Part shown: piece after piece, positions 9,616 to 19,852 of the stretch
How positions within the stretch are numbered: position 1 is the stretch's first letter
How the letters are laid out: every line of letters starts with the position of its first letter
Assembly: GCA_041658605.1 (NCBI GenBank)
Contig: JBAZZU010000011.1
Span: 3,300 to 67,299 of the forward strand
Source of the DNA: Thermoleophilia bacterium
Lineage (GTDB): Bacteria > Actinomycetota > Thermoleophilia > BMS3ABIN01
Reading direction: 5' to 3'
DNA length: 64,000 nucleotides
The notes under the pieces: model-generated
Database searches by the model: none
What the model was told of the DNA's origin: nothing
The model's input: only the letters and a program-made list of their open reading frames with translations
Made by a program: the position numbers and the translations under genes

Positions 9616-9732
9616 TCAGGGCTGTGGTGGTGGCGGCACAGTTATACTGCACGAAAAATTCACACAATCAAAAGTTATGTTCCTGATGTTATCCTTCTTC
9701 GTAAGAACAGGCTTTTCGTAAGTTGTCTTCAT
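9616..9732 (-). CDS. 38-aa RiPP-like precursor peptide with lasso-type leader (MKTTYEKPVLTKKDNIRNITFDCVNFSCSITVPPPPQP)
   Basis: Translated by hand; AAGGAGGTGG RBS 8 nt before ATG, upstream TATAAT boxes, downstream terminator; YxxPxL followed by Thr at the usual leader spacing. Confidence 0.75.
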   Translation of the reverse strand: MKTTYEKPVLTKKDNIRNITFDCVNFSCSITVPPPPQP

Positions 9733-9868
9733 TTATCCGGCCACCTCCTTCAGTCTGGCTGATTTCTGATTATAAAGCATGAGTATTATACTACGCTTTA
9801 GTTGATTTGAATAGACCCCAGTGGGTCACTGGGCTTCCAGTCAGTGGTTTCCGATGCCCGATTCTTTA

Positions 9869-11944
9869 CTACTCTTCTCTTTCTGCCTGGACCTGATCGA
9901 TGATCTTTTGAGCCAGATGTGCAGGGACTTCCATGTAATGGAGAAAATCCATCGTGTAATCGCCGCGGCCTCCCGTCATGGAACGCAGGTCTGGCGCATA
10001 TGTGAGCATTTCTGCCAGAGGCACCTCCGAGTTGATCTGGCTCATCCTGCCCGTTGGTTCCATTCCCAATACCTTGCCCCGGCGTGAGTTCATATCACCG
10101 ATAACATCCCCGACACTATCCTCGGGTACGGTTATATGAACTGTCATTATCGGTTCAAGGATCACTGGGGTGGCGTTAGCGACCGCCTTTTTCAGGCCCA
10201 TGGATGCGGCTATTTTAAAGGCCATCTCGGATGAATCCACGGGATGATGAGATCCGTCATAGACCTTCACCCTGATATCGACCAGGGGACTTCCGGATAG
10301 CTCACCCTCCTTCATCGCTTCGATGACGCCTTTTTCAACCGCCGGAATAAAGCCACGCGGTATTACGCCGCCGACTACATTGTCGACGAATTCAAAGCCT
10401 TCACCGCTGGTAAGCGGTTCAACCTCAAGCCAGCAGTCACCGTACTGGCCGCGTCCGCCCGTCTGTTTCTTGTATTTGCCCTGCGCTTTTGCGCCGTTAC
10501 GTATGGTTTCAAGATAGGGCACACGGGGCGGCTTAAGCTCTACCTCGACTCCAAAACGGCGCTTCATACGCTCTACAACCACCTCGACATGTACCTGGCT
10601 CAAGCCCGAGATTATGAGCTCGTTGGTCTGCGAGTCGCGTCTGACCACCAGCGTGGGGTCCTCTTCCTGCAGGCGCTTGAGCGATGTGCCGATCTTTTCC
10701 TCATCACCTTTGTTCTTTGGCTCCACGGCAAACGACATGACTGGATTAGGAAAATCCATAGCTGCGAAGGTGACTGATCCGCCCTCGTTGCATAGTGAAT
10801 CTCCCGTGTTGGTCGCCTTGAGCTTTGCGATAGCACCGATGTCACCGGGGCCGATAACATCCAGAGTGCTATTGTCTTTTCCCTGTAACCTCAGCAGCTT
10901 GCCGATATGCTCCTTCGTCTTGCTCACTGGATTATAGACATTGCTGTCGCTTCTGATCTCGCCGGAATATACCCTGAAAATGTTAATTCTGCCGCTGAAC
11001 GGGTCGGCCATCGTCTTGGCGACAAAGGCGGCCAGTGGACCATCGGATTTGCACTCGAGCATAATCTCATCACCGGATGACCCGTCTATGGCCTTTTTCC
11101 CTCCATGCTTCACGGGTGAGGGGATAGCATCGACAATAAGGTTCATCAATAAATCGATGCCGATGGTCTTTGTAGCGCTTCCTGCGCCCACTGGAAAGAC
11201 AGTCCCTGCCGCGACGCCTGCCTTGAGTGCGGAAAAAAGTTCTTCGTTACTCATGTCCTGACCTTCAAGATACTTTTCCATGACGGCGTCATCGTTTTCG
11301 GCGACCACATCCATGAGTTTATCGCGGTATTCCTCAACCTGGTCGGCCATTTCGGCAGGTATTTCAATGTCGCTGACTTTGCCATCTTCATAGTGGTAAG
11401 CCTTCTGGGTCAAGAGATCGATAACACCGCTGAAGTTGTCTTCCGCACCGATGGGAAGCTGTGCGGCGACAGCACCCTGTCCAAAGCTTTCCTGCAACTG
11501 CTCTACAGCCGCGAAGAAATCCGCACGTTCGCGGTCCATCATATTCACGAAAATCAGTCTGCTGACATCGTTGTCCTCACAGTTTTTCCAGAGCCGCTCG
11601 TGCTGTACCTCGACGCCATGGGTTGCGTTTACCGTGAGGATGGCACCTTCCACAACATGGAGAGCAGCGATTGTGTCAGCATGAAAACTTGGGTCTCCCG
11701 GGGTGTCGAAAATGCTAATGCTGCGGTCTCTCCAGGAGAAGTGACAAAGCGTGCCTGATATGGAGTGCTGGCGTTTCTTCTCATCATCATCCCAGTCGGC
11801 CACCGTGGTACCCTGATCGATAGAACCCAGGCGATTCACTGCGCCGGATTTGAAAAGGATGGCTTCGGTGAGGCAGGTCTTGCCGGTTCCACGGTGGCCG
11901 ACTACAGCTACGTTTCTTATTTTTGCGGGATCAACAGCGGGCAT
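9869..11944 (-). CDS. Elongation factor G-like protein (EF-G2 type)
   Basis: GHRGTGKT P-loop, DTPG, EEDPT, KKQTGGRGQYG, DSSEMAF, ILEPIM; divergent G motifs typical of EF-G2; start placed at ATG after AAGGAG. Confidence 0.9.
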   Translation of the reverse strand: MPAVDPAKIRNVAVVGHRGTGKTCLTEAILFKSGAVNRLGSIDQGTTVADWDDDEKKRQHSISGTLCHFSWRDRSISIFDTPGDPSFHADTIAALHVVEGAILTVNATHGVEVQHERLWKNCEDNDVSRLIFVNMMDRERADFFAAVEQLQESFGQGAVAAQLPIGAEDNFSGVIDLLTQKAYHYEDGKVSDIEIPAEMADQVEEYRDKLMDVVAENDDAVMEKYLEGQDMSNEELFSALKAGVAAGTVFPVGAGSATKTIGIDLLMNLIVDAIPSPVKHGGKKAIDGSSGDEIMLECKSDGPLAAFVAKTMADPFSGRINIFRVYSGEIRSDSNVYNPVSKTKEHIGKLLRLQGKDNSTLDVIGPGDIGAIAKLKATNTGDSLCNEGGSVTFAAMDFPNPVMSFAVEPKNKGDEEKIGTSLKRLQEEDPTLVVRRDSQTNELIISGLSQVHVEVVVERMKRRFGVEVELKPPRVPYLETIRNGAKAQGKYKKQTGGRGQYGDCWLEVEPLTSGEGFEFVDNVVGGVIPRGFIPAVEKGVIEAMKEGELSGSPLVDIRVKVYDGSHHPVDSSEMAFKIAASMGLKKAVANATPVILEPIMTVHITVPEDSVGDVIGDMNSRRGKVLGMEPTGRMSQINSEVPLAEMLTYAPDLRSMTGGRGDYTMDFLHYMEVPAHLAQKIIDQVQAEREE

Positions 11945-12115
11945 AAGAAACAACTCCTTTGGTTGAAAAATATTATTGGCCGGGGGCTATGTCCACAAAT
12001 ATGGAAAAAGCCCGCCAGGAAAGGAATTTTATCCCTTTAAAATTTGGATTGCCATAGGGAAATGAAAATGAAGTTGAAAGATGGCGGATGCGGGACTAGC
12101 TTTCAATGGTTATCT

Positions 12116-13090
12116 TTAATCCTTTCTTTGAATCCCAGCAGCCTTTACGGCGATATGCTTGACTGAATGAACCACGGTCTTCGTGGATAGATCGACAACA
12201 TACAGGGTTCCATCCTTTCCTGGCATGAAGCCGGTCACAAACATGTACTTTCCATCTTCACTGAAGTCGGCATCATAAAAAACGTCATCCGGTTCCGCTG
12301 TCAGCCGGTAAATGCCCGCAATGGAGAGATCGGCCGCGCTTACCTCGATGATATTTCCCCTGGCAAGGACATAAACCAGTCTTCCGTCGGGAGACATGAC
12401 TGCTTCATGAATCTCCTGCACCGGAAGCGAAACCGTTTTCTCATTCAGGTTTGCAGGCCATCTGGTCTTAAGGAGCTGCAAAGTGCCGCTTCCATCTCCC
12501 GATATATATGCAGACAATCCGTCCGGTGACCAGGCGATACCGGTCACATGGGCAAGTTCGGGGATTGTTATTACTGCATCCAGCAGCTTGTCATTTGCAG
12601 GGTCTAATATAAACAGCGTGCCGAAACCGCTGGCGGGCGCCTTGTCTGCGGCATAGAGCCTGCCATCTGGTCCGGATGCCAGCATCGACAGGCTTGAAGC
12701 CGGCGTCTCGATAGTCACGCCGCTGTCTATCCAGTTATTGCCATCCCAGCGGAACTTATCTATGACGCCGTTCGCGCCGCTGGCCACATACATGGATCCG
12801 CCGTCTTGTGTGACGAACATGTCGCTGGGAGCCGCCGCGCTTGTCTGCTCCACGGTCTTCTCAACATAGCCGCTGATGTTGTCATAAATGCGGATACTGC
12901 CCCAGCCCTCAACGGGTCCATTCTCATCAGCTATATAGAGGAGTGCTTTCTGCCAGCCTCCACTGCGGTCCACTTCGACCCGCTCGGGGGCCGACGTATC
13001 GGGCGGCTGGTCCGTGCAGCCAGTCATCAACAGAAAACATGAGAGGATAAAAGTGGTTAGCACGTACCCTGCGGATTTGCGCTGAATCAT
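12116..13090 (-). CDS. Lipoprotein with probable beta-propeller (YncE/YVTN-like)
   Basis: Lipobox LMTG-C; repeated blade motifs (SPDGxxxY, TQDGGSMY, SEDGKYMF). Confidence 0.7.
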   Translation of the reverse strand: MIQRKSAGYVLTTFILSCFLLMTGCTDQPPDTSAPERVEVDRSGGWQKALLYIADENGPVEGWGSIRIYDNISGYVEKTVEQTSAAAPSDMFVTQDGGSMYVASGANGVIDKFRWDGNNWIDSGVTIETPASSLSMLASGPDGRLYAADKAPASGFGTLFILDPANDKLLDAVITIPELAHVTGIAWSPDGLSAYISGDGSGTLQLLKTRWPANLNEKTVSLPVQEIHEAVMSPDGRLVYVLARGNIIEVSAADLSIAGIYRLTAEPDDVFYDADFSEDGKYMFVTGFMPGKDGTLYVVDLSTKTVVHSVKHIAVKAAGIQRKD

Positions 13091-13234
13091 GAAACCTGAG
13101 CCTCCATTTTATGATTTGCATCACTTTATACCACTAAAGTCATGGTATCGCGGTTTGGGTGTTGCTAAACAGGGAATATTTCTTATGTATGAAGTGCTGT
13201 CTATTTATTCATTTCAGGCGGTAGAGGAGTAGCG

Positions 13235-13471
13235 ATGCCAACCAATTGTCCAGGAAGCGATGTAACCATAACCACAATAAACTGCCCGAAATGCGGGGAA
13301 GAGGTGGAGCTGTTTACGGGAGATTCAAAGGCAAAATGTCCCGGTTGCGGTATATCGGTGCGCCGGGAAGTGGCGTCCTGCATTGAATGGTGTCCGGGCG
13401 CGAGTGAATGTTTCCGGCATGTGTTTGAAGAAGACAGAGCCCGCGAAGAGAAGGAAGCGTCTGAAGACTGA
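13235..13471 (+). CDS. Small Cys-rich metal-binding protein (double zinc-ribbon-like)
   Basis: CPG, CPKC, CPGC and CIEWCPGASEC (8 Cys in 78 aa); GAGGAG RBS; followed by terminator. Confidence 0.75.
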   Translation: MPTNCPGSDVTITTINCPKCGEEVELFTGDSKAKCPGCGISVRREVASCIEWCPGASECFRHVFEEDRAREEKEASED

Positions 13472-13522
13472 AAGAAGCAAGATAGCCTGCTCTTAATACC
13501 TGCAAACAAATACTTTTTCAAT

Positions 13523-13552
13523 AAAACCTGCAAGTGTGCTTTTGCAGGTTTT
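13523..13552 (+). terminator. Hairpin terminator after Cys-rich gene
   Basis: AAAACCTGCAA-n8-TTGCAGGTTTT. Confidence 0.6.
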
Positions 13553-13590
13553 CCCTAATCCAGGTTCCAGGTGGCATCAAAAAGCCATGT

Positions 13591-13619
13591 TTGACAAAGC
13601 CACGTCACGTAACTAGTAT
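13591..13619 (+). promoter_or_regulatory. Sigma70 promoter of groESL
   Basis: TTGACA-17 nt-TAGTAT. Confidence 0.8.
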
Positions 13620-13630
13620 ATGTCTCGCTC

Positions 13631-13657
13631 TTGGCACTCTATAGTCGAGAGTGCCAG
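13631..13657 (+). promoter_or_regulatory. CIRCE operator (HrcA site)
   Basis: TTGGCACTC-N9-GAGTGCCAG versus consensus TTAGCACTC-N9-GAGTGCTAA, between promoter and groES. Confidence 0.92.
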
Positions 13658-13701
13658 ATAATTGGCTATTTTATAAACCAGGAAATTAAGGAGGGTTGAT
13701 T

Positions 13702-13995
13702 ATGAACTTGAAACCTCTGGAAGACAGGGTGATCGTCGAGGCAGTTGAATCTGAAGAAGTGACCGCCAGTGGCATCTACCTTCCCGATTCAGCACAGGAA
13801 AAGCCCCAGCGTGGCAAAGTTATCGCCGTCGGTGATGGCCGGCTCGACAAGGAAGGCAAGCGGATTCCGTTAGACGTCAAAAAAGGCGACGTTGTTATCT
13901 ACAGCAAGTATGGTGGAACCGAGGTTAAAATCGAAGGCAATGAAGTGCTGATTCTGAAGGCCAGCGACATCCTTGCCAAAGTAGTTAAAAAATAA
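13702..13995 (+). CDS. groES: Co-chaperonin GroES
   Basis: [27 protein letters not shown]; AAGGAGG RBS before ATG 13702. Confidence 0.97.
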   Translation: MNLKPLEDRVIVEAVESEEVTASGIYLPDSAQEKPQRGKVIAVGDGRLDKEGKRIPLDVKKGDVVIYSKYGGTEVKIEGNEVLILKASDILAKVVKK

Positions 13996-14007
13996 TGAAG
14001 GGAGTGA

Positions 14008-15627
<1,620 letters not shown>

Positions 15628-15658
15628 GCACAGACAATCTGTTGTTCAGATTGTTAAT

Positions 15659-15687
15659 GGGCGGGCCCGAAAGGGCCCGCCTTTTTT
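15659..15687 (+). terminator. groESL intrinsic terminator
   Basis: GGCGGGCCC-GAAA-GGGCCCGCC-T6. Confidence 0.9.
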
Positions 15688-15697
15688 ATTCAGGAAA

Positions 15698-15728
15698 GCG
15701 AAAGACCCTCGAAATGAGGGTCTTTCGC
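15698..15728 (-). terminator. 13-bp hairpin, likely terminator for the minus-strand lysA-ybdK-draG-like unit
   Basis: GCGAAAGACCCTC-GAAAT-GAGGGTCTTTCGC; short U tract on the minus strand. Confidence 0.5.
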
Positions 15729-15850
15729 CGGGTATAAGGGATGAAGGGGGTGAAACAGGCACACGCCCTTCGGCCAATAGTTCAACACCTGTTGGCAAAC
15801 CCCTTTTTCCAGGATATTGAAATAAATAAACATAACTATCGAAAAATGTT

Positions 15851-16786
15851 TCAGGTTCGGGAACTAATGACCAGAGCTTCGGCCAATTCGCCCAATCGTT
15901 GTGCGTTTTGTATGTGAACAAGCCACCTGTCAGGAATTGAAACAGCCCCATAGGTGCATCCGGCAAGCGCTCCAGTGACAGCTCCAATCGTGTCCGCGTC
16001 ACCACCCAGATTGACCGCCGCAATCAGCGTCTCTTCAAAGGAGGAGTGGTGCAGCCACAACCAGATGGAGCATTCCAGCGTATCGAGAACATATGCCGTA
16101 GGGGAGGGTTTACCGGCAGTCTTTTCTGAAAAAGCGTTCTGAGATCGGCGCAGGATCTCCGGCGAGGCTTCATTGATTTCATTGTATCTGTCAGTTGCGA
16201 GCTTTAATGCATCAAACCGTTCATTGCCTTTCAAAAGCTCGGCAATCAAAAGGTTCAGGAAGACACACGACCATTGGCAATCTGGGTGTGGGTGAGTAAT
16301 CCGCGAACTCAGGCGGCTGTTCCTGATCAATCGTGCAGAATCTTTATACTCCGACAACGCAACCGGAGCGCATCGCATCAGGGATCCATTCCCGGAACTG
16401 TCAGGATTCCGTGCCTGGGTTTCCAGGGCAGCCTTTTCCCAGTCTTCGCCGCCTGCGATCAGGCTTAGTACACTGGAAGTATGTCTGCCGACGCCCCTGC
16501 CATCCATTCTGAACCATTCGGTGAAACGGAATGCGATGTCGTCGGCGTCAAAACCACCACAGCTTGCGATACTTTCAGCCATAGCCATGGTTTGGGCGGT
16601 GTCATCGGTGGTTTCGCCCGGCCGCAGGTTCAACCTGCCGCTGCCTGTCATCTCGGTAAGCAGGCCAAAGCGGTTCCTGATTTCCATGCCGGTGCTGCCT
16701 TCAACTGGTGCGCCCAGCCCATCTCCCACGGCAAGTCCCAGCAGGCAGCCTGTCGCCCGATTAAGTAGCTCATCATTTTCGCGCAA
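15851..16786 (-). CDS. ADP-ribosylglycohydrolase family protein (DraG-like)
   Basis: GLAVGDGLG, TTDDT, GNGSLMR, THPHP, GGDADTIGA motifs. Confidence 0.9.
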   Translation of the reverse strand: MRENDELLNRATGCLLGLAVGDGLGAPVEGSTGMEIRNRFGLLTEMTGSGRLNLRPGETTDDTAQTMAMAESIASCGGFDADDIAFRFTEWFRMDGRGVGRHTSSVLSLIAGGEDWEKAALETQARNPDSSGNGSLMRCAPVALSEYKDSARLIRNSRLSSRITHPHPDCQWSCVFLNLLIAELLKGNERFDALKLATDRYNEINEASPEILRRSQNAFSEKTAGKPSPTAYVLDTLECSIWLWLHHSSFEETLIAAVNLGGDADTIGAVTGALAGCTYGAVSIPDRWLVHIQNAQRLGELAEALVISSRT

Positions 16787-16863
16787 GAGAACACTCCCGG
16801 TTCTGATTCCCCAGGTTAAATCACTGAAGACCCAGGATCAGGCCTTATTTTAGAAGCGCATTA

Positions 16864-18012
16864 TCAAATAATAGGGCTGCCATCCAAAAGGTCTGAAAAT
16901 ACAGCGGCTACATCCCCTTTTTCTTCAAACAGACGTATCTGTTTCTGCGCGCCGTTGCCTTCATCAAGGATTTCAGCAATTCTGCTAACATAGCTTTCAA
17001 TTCCGAGCTTCTCTTGCATATCACCGGTAAATTCGACCAGTGCCCTGATGATATCGGTGACCGGTATTTCTTTGCGTTTATTGAAATCCGCCAGGTTTCC
17101 GGCCAGTCCATAGCGCGCCGCGCGCCAGATATTCTCATCCACTTCACGCGTGTTCAATACTACCAGCGCCCTACCCTCGTCAAAGTCAGCCGAAAGTCTT
17201 GCTACCAGAGATACCACCAATGCGGATATCGCTAACGTGTCCCTGATATCACTCTGGCTGTCACAGATGCGTATCTCCAGCGTTCCGAACAGCGGATGGG
17301 GCCTCAAGCTCCACCAGACCTGGGTTGGCTCGGAGATGGAATTGGTCACGAACAGCGTGTCGATAAAAGTTGCATAGTCATCCCAGTCTCTGAAGGGACC
17401 GGGAATATTGCCCCGCGGAAACGACCTTGTAAAGATCTGTGCCCGTGTGGAATGAAGATAGGTATAGCGTCCTTCTGAAAAAGGGGAATTGGCTGACAGG
17501 GCAAGGATTGCCGGCATATAGCCGCGCAATGAGTTAAAAACGGCAATCATGCGTTCTCTTCCCCTGACCCCCACATGCGTGTGCATGCCATAAGTCAGGT
17601 TATGCCAGGCGCAGTAACGCACCCGTTCTTCAACTTCGCGGTAATGGTGGGTATCGAGGATGCGCTGCTTTTTCCAGTCAGAAAAGGGATGTGTTCCCGT
17701 CGTGCCAAGTTTTAAGCCCAGCTCCGAAGCGGATTCAGCCAGAAGGCGACGTTTTTGGGTTAGGTCCGCTTCCGCCGCCGCGATGCTTTCGCATTTGGCC
17801 GTGCTTATCTCAATTTCCGACGCAATCAGCTCGCCCTTAACAAATGTGCCCAGTTTTTTATGGGCGACAGCACTTAGATCTTCAAACCGGTTGGTCAATT
17901 CCAGGGTGTCGGCATCAAGAATCTGGAATTCTTCCTCAATCCCGATTGTAAGATCCAGGGAATTATCAAAGCTGGCGGCGGCTCTCTCCAGGCTGTAATG
18001 TTTCCAGGTCAC
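16864..18012 (-). CDS. YbdK-family carboxylate-amine ligase (GCS2, glutamate-cysteine ligase-like)
   Basis: IGIEEEFQI, GMHTHVG, SANSPF, WWSLRPHP, TLEIRICD. Confidence 0.9.
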   Translation of the reverse strand: MTWKHYSLERAAASFDNSLDLTIGIEEEFQILDADTLELTNRFEDLSAVAHKKLGTFVKGELIASEIEISTAKCESIAAAEADLTQKRRLLAESASELGLKLGTTGTHPFSDWKKQRILDTHHYREVEERVRYCAWHNLTYGMHTHVGVRGRERMIAVFNSLRGYMPAILALSANSPFSEGRYTYLHSTRAQIFTRSFPRGNIPGPFRDWDDYATFIDTLFVTNSISEPTQVWWSLRPHPLFGTLEIRICDSQSDIRDTLAISALVVSLVARLSADFDEGRALVVLNTREVDENIWRAARYGLAGNLADFNKRKEIPVTDIIRALVEFTGDMQEKLGIESYVSRIAEILDEGNGAQKQIRLFEEKGDVAAVFSDLLDGSPII

Positions 18013-18016
18013 GCGA

Positions 18017-19336
18017 TTATTCCATACGTTCCTGCAAATGCACCAGATCTTCGTAGGTTTCCCGTTTTATGATTACGCGTGCCGTGCCATCCTTGACGAA
18101 CAGTACTGCCGGCCGTGTTTGTCCGTTGTAATTATTGGACATCGAATAACCATAAGCACCTGTCGCGGGTGTGACCAGGACATCGCCCGGGCGAGGGTCT
18201 GGAAGGTTCGCCTCTTTGACGAGGATATCGCCCGACTCACAATGTTTGCCCGCCACGTCGACAGTCATGGTCGGAACGGCCTCGGGGCGGTTGGCAATCA
18301 AGGCTTCGTAGCTGGCCTGATAGAGCATGGGCCTTAAGTTGTCGGACATTCCACCATCAACCGCCACATATGTTTTTACCGACGGTATTGTCTTGATGGC
18401 CTGGATTGTATAGGCGGTCAATCCCGCGTTGGCAACTATAGATCGCCCGGGCTCGACGACAATGCGTGGAACCGGCAAACCCACGCGTGACATTTCCGCC
18501 TCAATACCGCCGACGATGGCCTCGGCCAGCTCATCAACGCTGGCGGGTGAGTCTTCGGCAGTATATGTCGCCCCAAGGCCACCCCCCACATCGAGAATAC
18601 TGCATATAAAATCATGTTTCCTGCTGCAGATGTCCATGAAATCCGCAAGAAGGCCTATAGCCTTGCGGTATGGGTCCATGGAAAATATCTGAGAGCCGAT
18701 GTGGCAATGAAATCCGACCAGTTCGAGGTTGGAACAGTCCAGCGCGAAGCTTACCGCCTCGTCAGCCTTGCCATCTGCCAGGCAGAATCCAAATTTTGAA
18801 TCCTGTTTGCCGGTCTGGATAAAATCATGCGTATGGGCTTCGATGCCCGGAGTGATCCGCAAAAGGACGGGCTGTTTTATGTCCTGCTCGCCGGCCAGCT
18901 CGTTCACGACTGAAAGCTCATCCAGGGAGTCAGCAACGATATACCCGACCTGGGAGCGAATTGCCCTTTTTAGCTCATCGCGGTTATTGGCGTTACCGTG
19001 CAAATATATATGCTCGGGCGGGAACCAGGTCTTTAGGGCAATGTAAAGCTCACCACCGGAGGCCACGTCCAGAGACATGTTTTCCTGTGCCAGAAGCTGG
19101 CACATGGCCAGGCATGTGAATGCCTTGCTCGCATAGACGACTTCGAAATCATCCGTTCGAGACGAAAACGCATGTATGTATTCGCGGCAACGATCACGTA
19201 CGTGCTGCTCGTCATAAATAAAGAGAGGGGTGCCATACTCGCGGACCAGCTCGACCACGTCGCAACCCGCAACCTCGATGTGGCCGGCTGCGTTGACCCT
19301 GCTGGACTTTGGGAGTGGTGGTACTGGAATCGCCAT
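18017..19336 (-). CDS. lysA: Diaminopimelate decarboxylase
   Basis: YASKA PLP lysine, HCHIGSQ, DVGGG, EPGRS, CESGD, GAY; start trimmed from 19453 to ATG 19336 (uncertain). Confidence 0.95.
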   Translation of the reverse strand: MAIPVPPLPKSSRVNAAGHIEVAGCDVVELVREYGTPLFIYDEQHVRDRCREYIHAFSSRTDDFEVVYASKAFTCLAMCQLLAQENMSLDVASGGELYIALKTWFPPEHIYLHGNANNRDELKRAIRSQVGYIVADSLDELSVVNELAGEQDIKQPVLLRITPGIEAHTHDFIQTGKQDSKFGFCLADGKADEAVSFALDCSNLELVGFHCHIGSQIFSMDPYRKAIGLLADFMDICSRKHDFICSILDVGGGLGATYTAEDSPASVDELAEAIVGGIEAEMSRVGLPVPRIVVEPGRSIVANAGLTAYTIQAIKTIPSVKTYVAVDGGMSDNLRPMLYQASYEALIANRPEAVPTMTVDVAGKHCESGDILVKEANLPDPRPGDVLVTPATGAYGYSMSNNYNGQTRPAVLFVKDGTARVIIKRETYEDLVHLQERME

Positions 19337-19427
19337 AGGAACTGAAGTTAGCACAGCCCGGCGTTGTCGGTCAAACACGCAACTGCGTCTTGAGCGCTGG
19401 ACGCCCCCTCTGATATAGTTTGAATGC

Positions 19428-19805
19428 ATGAGCGAATCCAAAGTCAAGTTCACATACTACATGGGGGACACCCCTCCTCAGTTTGCCAACCGCAGCGAAG
19501 AGGAATGTGCGAAGATCCTGGACTATTATTCAATCCCCTGGATGTATGAACCCCGCACTTTTGTACTGGAACGGGACCAGGAGGGAAATGTCATCGAAGC
19601 GTTCACGCCCGACTTCTTCCTGCCGGAACAAAATCTTTTCGTAGAATTAACCACCATGAAGCAGGCCCATGTAACCAAGAAAAACATGAAGATTCGCAAG
19701 GTTAAGGAAAGGTTTCCAGAGGTCAACATAAAACTTTTTTACAAGAGGGATTTTCTCAAACTGGCCCAGAAGTATGATCTGTCCGTCGAAAGCGATCAAA
19801 AGTAA
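19428..19805 (+). CDS. Small PD-(D/E)XK-like (T7 endonuclease I-like) protein
   Basis: W.YEP..F..FTPDFFLPEQNLFVELTT motif; directly upstream of hpt. Confidence 0.55.
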   Translation: MSESKVKFTYYMGDTPPQFANRSEEECAKILDYYSIPWMYEPRTFVLERDQEGNVIEAFTPDFFLPEQNLFVELTTMKQAHVTKKNMKIRKVKERFPEVNIKLFYKRDFLKLAQKYDLSVESDQK

Positions 19806-19852
19806 TAAATATGCGGCCACTGGCTTGAGTTGGCTTACTTTCAGGGGGGAAT

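Noticed and set aside
9616-9732. Calling the small peptide a canonical lasso peptide or an arrest/leader peptide
   Set aside because: No Asp/Glu ring acceptor at core 7-9 and no cyclase nearby; a terminator, not a regulated gene, lies downstream
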